Shown in pieces: positions 36,661 through 49,463 of a stretch of DNA of 64,000 bases; the first letter of the stretch is position 1, and every line of letters begins with the position of its first letter. Source of the stretch: Hypanus sabinus. Lineage: Eukaryota. Position numbers and translations under genes: made by a program. Under the pieces are notes generated by a model. It was given only the letters and a program-made list of their open reading frames with translations. It was not told the origin of the DNA and did no database searches. The DNA is taken from contig NC_082714.1 of NCBI RefSeq assembly GCF_030144855.1, positions 93,372,001 through 93,436,000 of the forward strand. Reading direction: 5' to 3'.

Positions 36661-37699
36661 AATGCCTGCTTCTGCGTTGGCGCCTTCTATGACCCACTGC
36701 ACCTCTTGCTGAATCCCCAAATTAGGAATGTATTGAAGTGAGCGGTATTGACAGGTTAGTGGAGGGTAACAATATAAGGGGATTGAGGAATTGCATTGGC
36801 GGAGTCGGTGCAGTTTCGTACTTGCACTGTGACAGAATTTCACTGCCAGATCGTACAACGGTCTGAAACTTTCTCGACCTATATCATACTGGTTTAAATA
36901 ATCGCACGGTCGAACAATGGTGATTCCTTCCCAGCATGCAGAGGTGACAGCGGTCACTCAAACAACTGGAAGAAAACAGATGTCCCAGTCTGTTTATTTG
37001 ACTACTGTGTTCCATTCATTAGAAGAGCGCGCACAAAGAAAGACGTTTATTGATCTTTTACTTCTTGTTGGAATGTCCGAAAATGTGTCAGGCGATATGG
37101 AAATGAAAGCTGTTTTTTTGTTTGCTTGTCATGTCTCGTCTGAGACATCCTCAGTGCCCTCTGCTATCGCCACATGGTCACTCGTGGGACGTCCAGCAGA
37201 TCCCTTTCCTGCTTCGAAACTCCTTGTCCACTGCCTACTCGGCCTGTGCCCATCTCCTGACAAATACAACTGACACACCAGTTGGGTTCAGAATTTTCTG
37301 GGTATTATTGGGAATGGAGCTGTGAATATACAGGAACGCAATTGCTGTATCTGCTGCGCTGCGGAGTCAGTGGTTCTGACATCAGTCGTGTATGTCAGCG
37401 TAGAGATTGCTTCAGTATCCCAAAGTAAAGAGATTTGAGATCAATTTGCAAAGTTAAAAGTACTTTTATTATCCAAGTTTACATATGTCAGTAAATACAA
37501 AACTGAGCTTCGCTTTCTTGCGGGCATAGTCAGTAAATACACGAACTACAACAGAATCAAAGAAATACAGCACGCAATAGAATGGAAGTAGACCCTGTGA
37601 GCAAAAGAGAACAATCTGCAAATGCAAAATAAAAAATAAAAATAACGAAATAATAATAAAAATAAAGAAAAATAATAAATAAATAAATAACCAATGCAT

Positions 37700-38400
37700 A
37701 CAGAACATGAGCAAATGGGGCATGGTCTGGGTGGTGGGTGTGCTCGATGATTGAAGCTGCTTTTCTGGGACAGCCTCTCCTTGTAGATTTCTCAAATGGT
37801 GGGAAGGGACTGACCGGTGATGGACTGGATGATATCAGCTACGTTTTGTAGGATTTTCCATTCAAGGGCATTGGCGCGTTTCCGTGCTAAGCCGCGATAC
37901 AAACAGCCAATACACCCTCCACTACACCTCTACGGACGTTTGTGAAAGTTTCAGATGTCATGCCGAAACTCCATAAGCTTCTAAGGAAGTAGGGAGGGTG
38001 CCATGCTTCCGTTGTAACGGCAATTTCGTGCAGAGCCCCGGACAGATTCTCTGAAACAGAAACATCGAGGATTTAAAAATTGCTGACCCTCTCCACCCTG
38101 AGTGTCGAAGTAGGACTGGCTCTTATACCTCCAGTTTGCTCCCCCTTAAGTGAATACGCAGCTCATTCTTTTGCTTACGTTGAGTGAAAGGATGTTGCTG
38201 TGGCACCACTTAGCCAGATTGTCAGTCTTCCTCCGACCTGCTGATTCATAACCAACTTTGATTCCGAAAACATCAAAGGTGGCGTTAGCAGACTTAAATA
38301 TGGCATTATGGCTGTGCTTAGCCTCACATTCATAAGTGTACAGCGAGTAAAATAATCGGCCAAGTGCACGTGTATTTTGTGCACACGTGCTGATGGAAAT
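37700..38400 (-). mobile_element. Rex1/Babar LINE fragment
   Basis: [24 protein letters not shown]...[16 protein letters not shown]. Confidence 0.8.
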
Positions 38401-38479
38401 TGTGTAAGAGGTGCTGTTGCTAATCCGAACTGGCTGGGGTCTGGAATTGAGGAAATCGAGGATACAGTTACACAAGGAG

Positions 38480-38678
38480 GCATTGAGGCCAAGCACTTAA
38501 AGCTAATTGGTTTAGATTTCAGGGGTGATGGTGTATATCTTAGGCATTCAACAAATTCACTCTCTGCAGATCCATTACCATCATTATTTTCCCAATCGAC
38601 GTACATGATAAACTCTGCCGTAACTACTATAATCTTGCGTTTCCTATTTCCTGTTGTAACGTGTGGTCCACATTCCAG
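38480..38678 (-). mobile_element. CR1 endonuclease fragment abutting the gap
   Basis: IIVVTAEF-MYVDWEN...FVECLR, homologous to the CR1 IVMGDFN region. Confidence 0.65.
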
Positions 38679-38935
38679 NNNNNNNNNNNNNNNNNNNNNN
38701 NNNNNNNNNNNNNNNNNNNNNNNNNNNNNNNNNNNNNNNNNNNNNNNNNNNNNNNNNNNNNNNNNNNNNNNNNNNNNNNNNNNNNNNNNNNNNNNNNNNN
38801 NNNNNNNNNNNNNNNNNNNNNNNNNNNNNNNNNNNNNNNNNNNNNNNNNNNNNNNNNNNNNNNNNNNNNNNNNNNNNNNNNNNNNNNNNNNNNNNNNNNN
38901 NNNNNNNNNNNNNNNNNNNNNNNNNNNNNNNNNNN
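38679..38935. other. Assembly gap, 257 N
   Basis: Run of N characters. Confidence 1.
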
Positions 38936-39680
38936 CTGTGCGTCCAATGCACCTTCGGGTGGAGGGGAACCTACTATGTGTCTTTCGCCTGGGGTTACAT
39001 CCCACATCTGAGAGCAGCTCCCTCTGAAGTGACCCACTGGACGAGCACCTTTCCTCGTAAAACATTCATAGCGCGACTTACACTTCATTATAAGTTGTTC
39101 CAGTGCAGGTGTCTTGCTTCTTTTGTTTACAGCCCATGGTCTGCTGTAGTTGCAGTCAGAGGCAAGCTTGCGTTGATCAAACTGCGAGGAAGCCTGATAT
39201 AACATACACCAATATGGGCACATTGGTGCCTTTCTCATACAGCTTTGATAGCAGGGATCTGTTATAACACAAAGCTTCAGGAAGCAAGCCTTAATCGAAC
39301 CTGGACACTGTCGTTCACATTGCTCCCTATAATCTCTTCGCCACCGCGTGCAAGTGGAGGAGTTATAAGGCATGGGAACTACATCCTGAGTGGGGCTTTC
39401 CCTTGAGTACAGGTAACAATTCAGTCTCTTCAACATTCCTGCCGTGTAAGTTGCCCATTGGTACCACTGATTAGTACGTGTCTGTCACCATGGCGAGGAG
39501 ATAAGTGTTGTGCTCCTCTTACTTCTTTTCTGTAGGTTCTGTAGGGACTTAACAGTCCCATTCCATATTTGCCACACTAATGGTTTCCAAGTCTGCACTG
39601 GAGTATGTCCCCAGGGGCACGACTGGTCGTTCCCAGCTCATCCCCATTATCTGAAGAAGCTCTACTATCCGCCATCACAT
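38936..39680 (-). pseudogene. env: ERV env, N-terminal part running into the gap
   Basis: After integrase: signal-like M*WRIVELLQIMG, then WKPLVWQIWNGTV...KRSKR...NQWYQWATYTAGMLKRLNCYLYS and a Cys-rich frame open for about 500 nt up to the gap. Confidence 0.65.
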
Positions 39681-39733
39681 CCTGAGGGTCTTCAGGCCCG
39701 TCCTCAGAATCAAATATTTCCCTTACTAATTGA

Positions 39734-42700
39734 TCACACTCCTGTGTCAGCTTCTTGTTCCTCCTGTCTGTCTCCTGCTAACTGCTCTTCGGCATCACTT
39801 ACCTCGGACACCTCATCTGATTGTCCTTGTGGGACTGCCTTCGTGCAGTGGTTTAGATGGTACCTGGTGGAGCGTCCTTCCATCTGAACTGCGGTGGGTG
39901 ATGCCTTGGTCAGCGTAAAGGGTCCTTCCCTTCTTGGCTCGTTCCACTTTCTCCGAAAGATTCGTACGTAAACCTGGTCTCCTGGTTTGCTCGGTCCTTC
40001 CCCTTGTACGGTCTCCCGCTCTTTCTGTTTTTCCTGTGCATAAATAGACCTATGTATCATAGTTAGCTGCTGCATGTATTGTTTCAATTCTATTTCCAAT
40101 TGTTCCAAACTAGGTCCTTTATACGGCCCTCTCCACTGGGGCACTGGCATGGGCCTCCCAGTGAGCATCTCATGCGGTGTCAGGCACGTCATTCGATTAG
40201 TTTGCATGCGGTAACTCATCAATCCTAACGGTAAAGCATCGACCCAATTAACTTCAGTGTCTGCACAGATCTTGTTCAGTTTGGCGTTCAGGGTTCCATT
40301 AATTCTCTCTACCATGCCCTGCGACTGAGGGTGGTATACACATCCAAATCTTTGCTTTACCCTCAGCGCTTGTAGTAACAATTTGACCACTTTCTGGATA
40401 AAAGCTGAACCATTGTCTGAGCTAACTTCTGTAGGTATTCCAAACCTTGGGATCACTTCATTTGTCAGAAATTTTACCACTGTCTTTGCCCCTTGAACTC
40501 TTGAAGGTACCGCCTCCACCTAACTGCTAAATCGATCAACTACTAACAGCATGTATGTTTAAGTAGTCCTTCAGGTACAGGAATATGACCTATTGGGGTG
40601 GTAATTCCCTTCCGAACATTATTCTGTGCGCATACCTCGCACTGTGACAAGACAAAGTCCACTGAAGCCTGTAAATCAGGTGACCAAAAACCATCCTTCT
40701 TTATTTTCTTTATCACTTCCCCCCTTGCACAATGGTCAATCCCATGCGCTTCTGAAATAGAATCGTCAGTAGAGGGGTGGGCGCTGCCAACAAACCGTCT
40801 TCCATGCTCCACAAGCCTTCCGGGTTCTGCTTGGCCCCCCTTCGTCTCCACAGTGTCTGTTCTGCCAAAGTTGCCTTACCTTGTATTTCAATTAGGTCCT
40901 CTACTACAGGTTCTGGAGCTAGGCTTGCCTGGGGGGCAATGACAGTTGATGTACATCCAGACGCTTTTCTGGCTGCCTCGTCCGCAGCTTGATTTCCCTT
41001 TGTTATTACGTAATTTCCCTTTTTATGTGCCTGGCATTTTACTACAGCCAATGCTTCAGGTTTCATTATGGCTTTTATTAAGTCTAGAATTCGCTGACAA
41101 TGTTGTATGGGATCTCCACTGCTTTTTAAAAAAATCTCTCTGTTTCCACACTGCCCCGAACAAATGGCATACTCCATGAGCATATGCCGAATCAGTATAG
41201 ATGTCTGCTTTCTCACCTTCCATCATTTCACATGCAGCTATCAGGGCTTTGATTTCCACTAGTTGGGCGGAACACGGTCGGGGACAGGACTCCATCCTAA
41301 TAATCTTATAACTCGACTGATCCTGCTGCACTACTGAGAACCCTGCATGATTTCCATCATAATCCTTATAACAGGAGCCATCTACGAACAGAACCTTTTT
41401 ATCTGCATCCTCTGGTGGTTCTGACCGTAAATCGGCTCTCAATTTGGCAAATGTCATCGTCTTCCCTACACAATCATGGGGTTCTCCTTCATTGACCAAA
41501 GGGACAAAATCGGCTATATTACTGACAGTGCATCTCTGTATAGTTACGTCTGGAAATGCCAACAGCATCTGATACGCTGCTATCCTGGTTGGCGTCAGCG
41601 CAAATTTCCCTCTTTCCAGCAATTCTGCTACTTTGTGGTGTGTCACAGGATAACCCAGGGTTACAGATGATGCCTTTTCATATGCATAGTACAGCGCCGC
41701 CAATCCCTGATAACAGGGTGGATACCCTTGAGCCACCTCATCTAATCTCGTACTGTAGTTTTCTGTCGGCTGCTTTGCTTTTCCTGTGCTTGTCTCTTGT
41801 ATTAGAACCTCTGTGACATAACCCTCCTGTCGGTTGGATACATACAAATGAAAAACCTTCTCGTAGTCAGGCAAAGCTAATGCTGGTGCTGACTGCAATT
41901 CGTGCTTAATAGTATTGAAAGCTATCTCCGCCTCTTTATTCCACTGCAAGCCGTTCTTCAAATTTGCATGTCCTGCTTCTTTCATTATCTTTCTCAAAGG
42001 TCCCACAATCTCAGCATATTCTCCTATCCAATCTGAGCTGTACCCTGCCATTCCCAAAAACGTCATCATCTGCTCTACTGTCTGGGGTTTTGGGGCCTTA
42101 GTTATTGCCTCAAACTGATTTGGTGCTATCGCCTTGGATATTACCCTGCCCAAGTATTCCACTTGCTGCGTGCAAAATTGCAGATTCTTTTTGGATACTT
42201 GATGTCCTCCGTCCGCCAGCTTCTCTAACAGAATAATAGTGTCCTACTTACACTGTTTCTTACTGTGGGAGCAAATCAACAGGTCATCCACATACTGTAA
42301 CAATGTACTTTCCAATGGTCTGCCCTCCAGGTCTGCCTTCAACACCTGATGATTACAAACATGTGGTGAATGTTTAAACCCTTGCTGCATTCTGGTATAG
42401 GTATACTGAGCACCTCTGTAAGTAAATGCAAACAGATACTGACACTGGTCGGCCAGAGAAATGCTGGAGAAAGCCGAACACCAATCAATCACTGAAAAGT
42501 AACTTGCTTCTGGTGGAACATTAGTCAAAAGCGTGTGAGGGTTGGTGACTACCGCTGGCCAGTCCTCTACCACATCATTTACCGCTAGCAAATCATGCAC
42601 CAATGCCCACAGATTTATCTGCTTTTAAGACCGGCAGCAACGGGGTATTGCATGGACTGTTTGTTCTTCTAAGCTCTCCTCCTTCAAGCAACTCCTGCAC

Positions 42701-43803
42701 TGTCGATGCTATTCCCTCTTCTGCTTCTGGTCTTAGAGGGTATTGTGGTCTCCTGGGTGGAATTCCTCTCCTTTTAGGCCTTATTTCCACCGGACTAGCT
42801 GGTTTTATTTCCCCTACGTCCGTGTCACGCTGCGACCACAGAATAGATGGCAACTCATCTAACCTTCTATCTTTCTGCTGGTCTCTTTCCTTTCCCAGCA
42901 ATGGCATGTGTGGTTGGGGAGTTATTTCGACCTCTTTCACTGTCCCTACCATATCTACACTTACCATTATTTTAATGCAATTGTTGTCTTCTGATATCCA
43001 CACCTCTGGCGTGATTTTCCTCCATACTGTTACGGTTTCAGCACTCTTAACTAAGGGTCCTAGGTCTTTAGACTGATATCCCTTGTTTACCAACAACGGA
43101 ACGTGGGGCGCAGCCATTTTTCTAAAAAGGTGTTCCACTTAACTTGTAAAGCTGCCCCTTGCTTTCAAATTATCACAGACTCCCCTTCCAGGTGCTGTTG
43201 CGTACATGCCTCCAGGTGCCATCTCTCCTCTAACTCCCTGTTCTGAGCCTCGTCAAAAATCACTGTACAATGTAGCTCAGATTTGGGCATTACAGCCCTG
43301 GGTAATATAGCCTGCACGCCCTTTTTCCATTTTTCCCAGGTTTCTTGAATCTGATCTGCTTTGTCTCCTATCCAAAAGACATTAGCCTTCTTGTCTTCTC
43401 GCACTATCAATTGAGCCCCTGCTCCTTCCACACTCAGCCCATTTCTGGTGCATTCTAATTTTAATTCCAGTTTCAATAAGGCATCTGTGCCTAACAAATT
43501 AATCGGAGTTCCTTTAGATACTAGCACCGGCAAAACAATTCCTTTATTTCCCATTCTCAGCTGCACTGGAGCCGTGCACTGTGTCAACTGTGTTTTCCCC
43601 GAGAACCCTACCGTCTTAATAAACTTTCCTGACATGGGAAGGTGAAGGGCATACTGTGGCTGTACACAAGTGTACGTGGCTCCAGTATCTATTATCATTG
43701 GTGTTAGTTGCCGTTCTAACATAATCTGAACAATGGGTTCCTCGTCTACCTCCCTTGTTATCATCGGGTAATGTCCCTTCCCACTCGAGTTCTCGGGGCA
43801 CCC
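39734..43803 (-). pseudogene. pol: ERV pro-pol, fragmented
   Basis: MIIDTGAT (protease); QYPL...SPCNTPLLPV and LLQYVDDLL (RT); VLFVDGS...SAQLVE...IYTDSAY...GNQAAD (RNase H); H..H..CEVC, SSDNGSAF, YHPQSQGMVE, REGPF (integrase). Confidence 0.95.
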
Positions 43804-46065
43804 CTAATACCTCGCATAGGGGTTCTCAGGATCGCTTGGGCCTGTGGGGGCTGGTCCTTGGCTAAACTTTAGTTCCCTTCTTATCGGTTCCTGCTGGTGT
43901 GTGACAGGCCATGGTATAAACAGACAATCTCTTCTCATGTGACCTGGCTGATTACATCCCCAGCACAATCTCTCTACCTCTGTTTCCCTCTGTTTCCTCA
44001 CTTGTCCCCTCTGCCCATAGCTCCTCTGTACCCCTCCTTGGCACTTCCAGTCCTGTCTGGGCTGTTTGAATTTAGTCTGTTCCAAAAAAGGGCTTTTGTG
44101 GGAATGCTCCTCCAAAGACGTTGATTATTGGCATGGGGTTTTCCGGCCCTTGTCTTACAGTATGATCGGTTCCTCCATATAGTAGTGCTTCATACAGTTC
44201 GATGGCTGTACTCGGACCGGTGGTTGCTGGCAGCATCTTTTTGTTTTTCTAATTTTCCTTCTTTTTGAGTTCTTCGAACTGCATTTGTATTAACTTTCTT
44301 TGCACCTCTTCCTGCTGCTCAGCCAACCTTCGTTTGTCTTTCCGGTATTTGTCAACCGCATGGACGACTTGGTCTCTAAATTCTTGTGGGGTCATTGACG
44401 TCAACACAACCACTTCCCCCAGTTTGGATTTTACTTGCGGAAGCTTTGCATCCAAAATGCTATGTCGGGACAGTGTGGTGATAAATCAGCTAATTTCTAC
44501 CTCTTGCTCAGTCTCCAGTCTCCACCTTTTCAACTGGTTTTCTACGTAGGCTGCTGGGTTTTCAGTGTCTCCCAGTCGATTCCCCTTTAAGGCTTTGGGG
44601 TCCAATTTGGGTGGATAAAGCTTCCCGAGGGACTACCATACCCTCTGCCTCACTGTCAAACCCGTCTCCATCAGTTCTCGGGTCGCTCGAGTTTACTAAG
44701 CCAGCCATTTCCATTAGATCCTTAAATTTGAGGTTCCCATCAACCTTATCAATAGTGCCTTCACATCTCCCATAGCCAATAATCGTCCCGCCATTTCTTC
44801 TTCAAAGGCTCTAAACCATTTCCCTGCTCCTTCATGTAGATTGGGCAGAGTGTTTTTCAGCCTTTCAAGGTACTGGGATCCCCAAGGGATATACTGCACT
44901 TGTCCTGATCCTTTAACTAACAACGGCATCATTCTTCCTCCTTCTTCCCACCTGCCCTGGCTCTCCTCCTCGCCTGGCTCCCCATCTGTCTCAGGGTATG
45001 TCTTTAATGCCTCCCACACTAATTTCACCGGCGTCCTCTTTTTCCCTCGGTCTCCCTGTGGAGTCCTTCCTTTCTGTCCTGATTCAATACTTGGTTGGCC
45101 CCTGGAGTATTTTTCGCATCTCCTCTGGCAATCCCCTCTCAGTAACTTATCTAGCTCTCTCTACTTCCGCAAGTCGCTTCCCTACCGCCTCCTTCTGCTC
45201 TTCTAGGCTTCTGCCTCCGCCACAAATTCTCGCTTCCTCTCTCTCTCCACTTAACTCTTGCTCCTCCAACGAGTCACCTTCTCTTTCTTCCTGTCCGTGC
45301 CTGTACACCTGTGGCAGGGACTCCTCATGATCCTTACTCGTGGTTGGTTCCCTTCTCTCTCCAAGACTCTCGTCTCCTAACTTTTTTCCACTTCCTCTTA
45401 AATGCTTCAGCTCTTCCTGCCCTGATGAGCCACTTTCCTTTCTAGTCTGTTGATTTCTATGGTATAATCGATACTCCTCGTACTCCTTTTCTTCTCTCAG
45501 GTATTTCATCCGTTCAATCTCTTGTTTCATTTCTCTCTTTGCCTGTTCCACCTTTATCCTTTTTTGCCTGTATCTCCTTCCATATCGCCGCTTTTTCCTT
45601 CTCGTATTGTCCTTTTTCCTCCTCATTATCCCAAACTTGTACTTCTCCCTGCATGTTTACTGTTCCCGTCAGCAGGGGGCACTGCTTAGGGGTTCCGTCC
45701 TCATTTTAGGGAAGGGGACTTTCTGTTTCTTTCACGTCCGGGTACGGAGCTGAAGCCAGTTTCTCACTGTACCTTCCTGTCTCTCTAACAGGCTGTTTCT
45801 CCAGCACCTTAGTGTCTTCCTCACTTGTAATCAATATTCTACCTGTCCTCCTCAGCCTTTCTCCCTCCATTCTGAAGAGCTTTAGCACTTCCATTTCTCG
45901 TTCTCTTTTTTGCCCTCTTTTCTTAAACTTATCTTTTGGTTTGTGATATTTAATTAGTGCCTCCATTTCTTCGCACAAGCTCACATCAAACGTTCCTTCT
46001 CTTGGCCATTTTGTCACCAGATTTTTGGTTCTTTTTTCTAATTTTTCTGAAGTTTTTGTGAACAT
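43804..46065 (-). pseudogene. gag: ERV gag, fragmented
   Basis: ORF pieces 45706-46065, 45147-45626, 44714-45028, 44249-44455, 43804-44115; the last has CWGCNQPGHMRRDC and ends TAG at 43806-43804. Confidence 0.85.
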
Positions 46066-46768
46066 ATTTATTTACCGGGATTTTTTTTGCTCAGAAACTC
46101 TACTGCTGTTCCTTTACCTGTCATGTTGTTCTCTCTTTTTAAGGTATTTCAGAGATTCACAGATCGTTTACTGGATAATATTACTTACTCTAATTCTATG
46201 CCTAAACTATCGTCTATCTACCAGCGCTTTAAACTGTATATTGGACTGTCCTTGTTTCCTATTCTGTTCTGCCCGTACAGACCTCTACTTAGAGCGGTAT
46301 CCACAGAACTTTCTCTTTGCACCTCGTCAATTCAGACCCTTATCTCTTAAGGCGGTATCCACGAGTATTTTCTCTATTTTTCCTTTCCCTGCCCGTTCAG
46401 ACCTTCGTTTCATACGAGGCGGTATCCACAGGGACTTACCAACATCACGTGGAATTTTTCTTCACTTAACTTCTGATTAGCTTATTTGTACTTACCCTCA
46501 CTGCAGTGTTCTTGATCAATCCGCTGAGCCTCCTGTTAACCCCCAATTTTGCCAGATTCTTTGGACCGGAGAGACCCTTCCGCAGTGGTTCCACACTTCT
46601 GAGACTCCAAGACGTCCCCAAAAGTAACAGAATTCTTAGTCCAAATTGTCGCAAAAAGCGCTTACCTTTTTTTTGGGTGCACCCTTAATTCTGTTAGCCC
46701 TGTGGGGTTCCCTAGAGGACTGGGAAGCGTCCCCAATCTGCCATTTCCTTTCCGCGGGTCTCTTTCCG

Positions 46769-46786
46769 ATCCTGTCGACTACGCCA
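46769..46786 (-). promoter_or_regulatory. Primer-binding site, tRNA-Ser
   Basis: TGGCGTAGTCGACAGGAT, 17/18 complementary to the vertebrate tRNA-Ser 3' end ATCCTGCCGACTACGCCA (from recall). Confidence 0.85.
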
Positions 46787-46797
46787 ATTTTTTTTTT

Positions 46798-47399
46798 TGT
46801 TTCTTGTGCCCCACAAACGACCAGGAGACGCAGAAGATTCTTCAAGAAGTGTAAAACTTTAATTCGCAAATCAAAGCTGAGACTGCCAGGGAACTAGTCG
46901 TTAATTGCCCACCGATCCTTGTCCATAGCATTTTTTATAGCAATCTCCTGGTTTAGTTGCATTAGCATATCCAATCGGTCTACAGTTGCGTATCACCAGT
47001 ACATCAGCTCCCGACTTCCCACTATTGTTTTAACCCATTAACTTAATCATGTTCTAATCTACTTTTTGGGCCACGTGTTACCTCATCCATGGCCACAGTT
47101 ATCTCTCAGCTAGCCTCTCATTAACACACCATTATCTTCTTATTTGGCTACATTCTTAAGTTACTGATGTGTTCAATAGTGCAGAGACAATACAGAAATA
47201 TCATTCTGGCTGATAAGTTGGATATATAGGAAGTATAAGTTAGCTACATTCTCAAGGCATTGATGTGTTCAATAGTACAGAGACAATACAGAGATTTCAT
47301 TCTCCTACTAAATTGGATGCATACATAGCAAATAGCAAATACAAAGCTGACTACATAGTTTTGGTTACACAGCAAGCAATGCAACTTTATACTCCAATA
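46798..47399 (-). mobile_element. ERV 5' LTR (U3 start at 47369 or 47399)
   Basis: Ends in ...ACA next to the PBS. Minus strand has CTATAAAAAA near 46931-46940 and ATTAAA near 46858-46863; 61-bp direct repeat in U3. Confidence 0.75.
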
Positions 47400-49375
47400 C
47401 TACTCGCCTCCAGCAACTTCGGAGTGATCACTTCCCTGTAACTTTGATCAATTCTATCCTCACTCTCCTCATATTAAGGAAGGGCCTGCAGATCACCCGG
47501 GGAACAGGGATTAAAAATGTGATCGCCGAATCCCTTGGTGATTTCATGGTAATGGTGTCATAACTTATGTAATGGAACGATTTGCAATTAGCGGAGGCGG
47601 TGCATGTTGATTATCAGCAGACCGCCTGTGAAGTGATTCGCAAGAGTTTGCTGAAAAAAGAATTCCAGTTGTTCATAGTGTATATCCAAACACTTGGACA
47701 AGGAAACGAAGTATAATATTGGTATCGTTGTTGATGATCTGGGTTAACAAGGCACTGCAGAATGACTGAGTTGATATTCACAGAGGAAAATAGGCAGGGA
47801 TACAAAATACCGAATAAAATGTGAAAATCGTGCGGTCATGTGCAGTGAAGTATTCTAAACTGGAGTCTGTTTCATTGGTGAACAGGTAATGTCAAGTTTG
47901 CAAATTCATGCTGAAGTTCATTGCCAATTAACCATACACATGGACACAAAGGAACCACCCTTCTATTGAGGCCAAGGTGAAAAACAGAGTAGATAAAGTC
48001 ATACACATTGGATACAGTAACGATCCAACACATGCAGTCCGAAAATAGATATTACCACAAGTGTCTGAGAGGCATGGCCAGAAGATAGACCGGCTGACAT
48101 AAAGTGCGAAATGAATGTTTATGTAAAGCTAAATAATGTTATTTTTTCATCTGTTTATGCATATGCATATATTGATTTATTTGTTTGTTTGTATTGGCAC
48201 ATTGGCTGCTTCTTCGTCTTAGTGGTTAGCTTTTCATTGCTTCCATTGTATTCCTTTATATGTACCGTGAATGCCCGGAAGTCAATGAAACCCCTGGGTT
48301 GTACAGCATATGATGTGTTACCGCACTTTGACAGTAAATTTATTTTGAACTTTAAATTTTATAATCCTAAGCCCGTAACCACCCTCTAATTAAAGCCTCA
48401 ATTTAATCAACCCAGTGGTTTCTGATTCGTGGTGCCCTCCCAGCCCCCGATACTGATGGCGGTTGAAGATAATGGAACGTCACGGGCTGGTGGTCAGAGC
48501 CTTTCCTGTTAGCAGGGTCCATTGCTGGAACTAGTGTAATCAGACTGATGTTTAGACCTACCAGCCTTGTCTGACTCTTTTCGGAGTCTTGTTCCATGTC
48601 TCAATATCCTACTGTCGGAAAATGGGGTTTCAAATGAAAGTCCTCTGACGTAAACGGCGACTGTATAGTTCCCGGCATAAACGGCCTGACTCGTTCAGTT
48701 CTTCCGGCTCTTTCTTAGTTGCTCCAGATTCCAGCATCTGCAGTAGGTACAATTATTGTTGAAGATCCGTAATTCCCATCTAATGATATCCGGATATCAT
48801 TCACTGCCGAGAGGAGCACTCCTCATGCCCTGCTGCGTTGATTGCTTTCCACTGTAACCTGTTATGTCTGACGTTACATGAAATTCTGCCTAGGCTCGCT
48901 TTGGAGTCCATAGAGTAAAACACACTTGTCGGTTGGGAGTTGCGCATTTTAGTGAGAAACCTTATTCTCTCACAAGCAAAACAACGACATGCTTTCTGCA
49001 GGAATGACAGATTCTCAGATTTGAGCCGATGCATTGTCGAGGTAATTCGGGGATATTCGGGGCATAGAGACTTTATAGAAATTTAATGTGATATTGTAAG
49101 GTTTTGTTCTCATCAGCCATTCTAAGCTGAGACAAGAGGCCACCCACACCGATTGTTCCGGAGGGAAGCAGCCGAAACAGTGTCTAAAATAAATTTAACC
49201 TGAGTATTCTCCGAAGTTCTACACGCCTGGATATGTGATACAACTGAAGGTGAAACAATCTTTAAATTAGGGATTAAGTTTTAGAAATCATCAATTTTGA
49301 ACGGTGGCCATTCAACGTTTCCGAAGGTCAGCAAGTCAATCTCTGCCCACATTCTTTCCCCGGCGCCGCCCACTC

Positions 49376-49383
49376 ATTTGCAT
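49376..49383 (+). promoter_or_regulatory. Ig promoter octamer ATTTGCAT (cluster 2)
   Basis: Perfect octamer about 80 nt upstream of the leader ATG, the usual position in IgL promoters. Confidence 0.8.
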
Positions 49384-49463
49384 CCGAATTAATAAACGGA
49401 CCCGAAGACCCCAGTTTGTAGACTCTGAAACCAGAGCGGTTTTTGAAATTTGCGGAACACCGC

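Larger units (their letters stand above)
38936..47399 (-). mobile_element. Endogenous retrovirus, class I (epsilon-like): 5' LTR, PBS, gag, pro-pol, env; 3' end lost in the N gap
   Basis: Ordered on the minus strand: LTR, tRNA-Ser PBS, gag with CCHC knuckle, TAG in frame with protease (DTGA), RT (YVDD), RNase H, integrase, env-like frame. Many stops and frameshifts. Confidence 0.92.

Noticed and set aside
38175-39436. Long ORFs of 179-296 aa around the gap
   Set aside because: Lengths are inflated by the N run; only the env part right of the gap is meaningful.
46769-46786. tRNA-Ser-like sequence as a tRNA gene
   Set aside because: Only the 3' 18 nt including CCA, next to an LTR: a primer-binding site.
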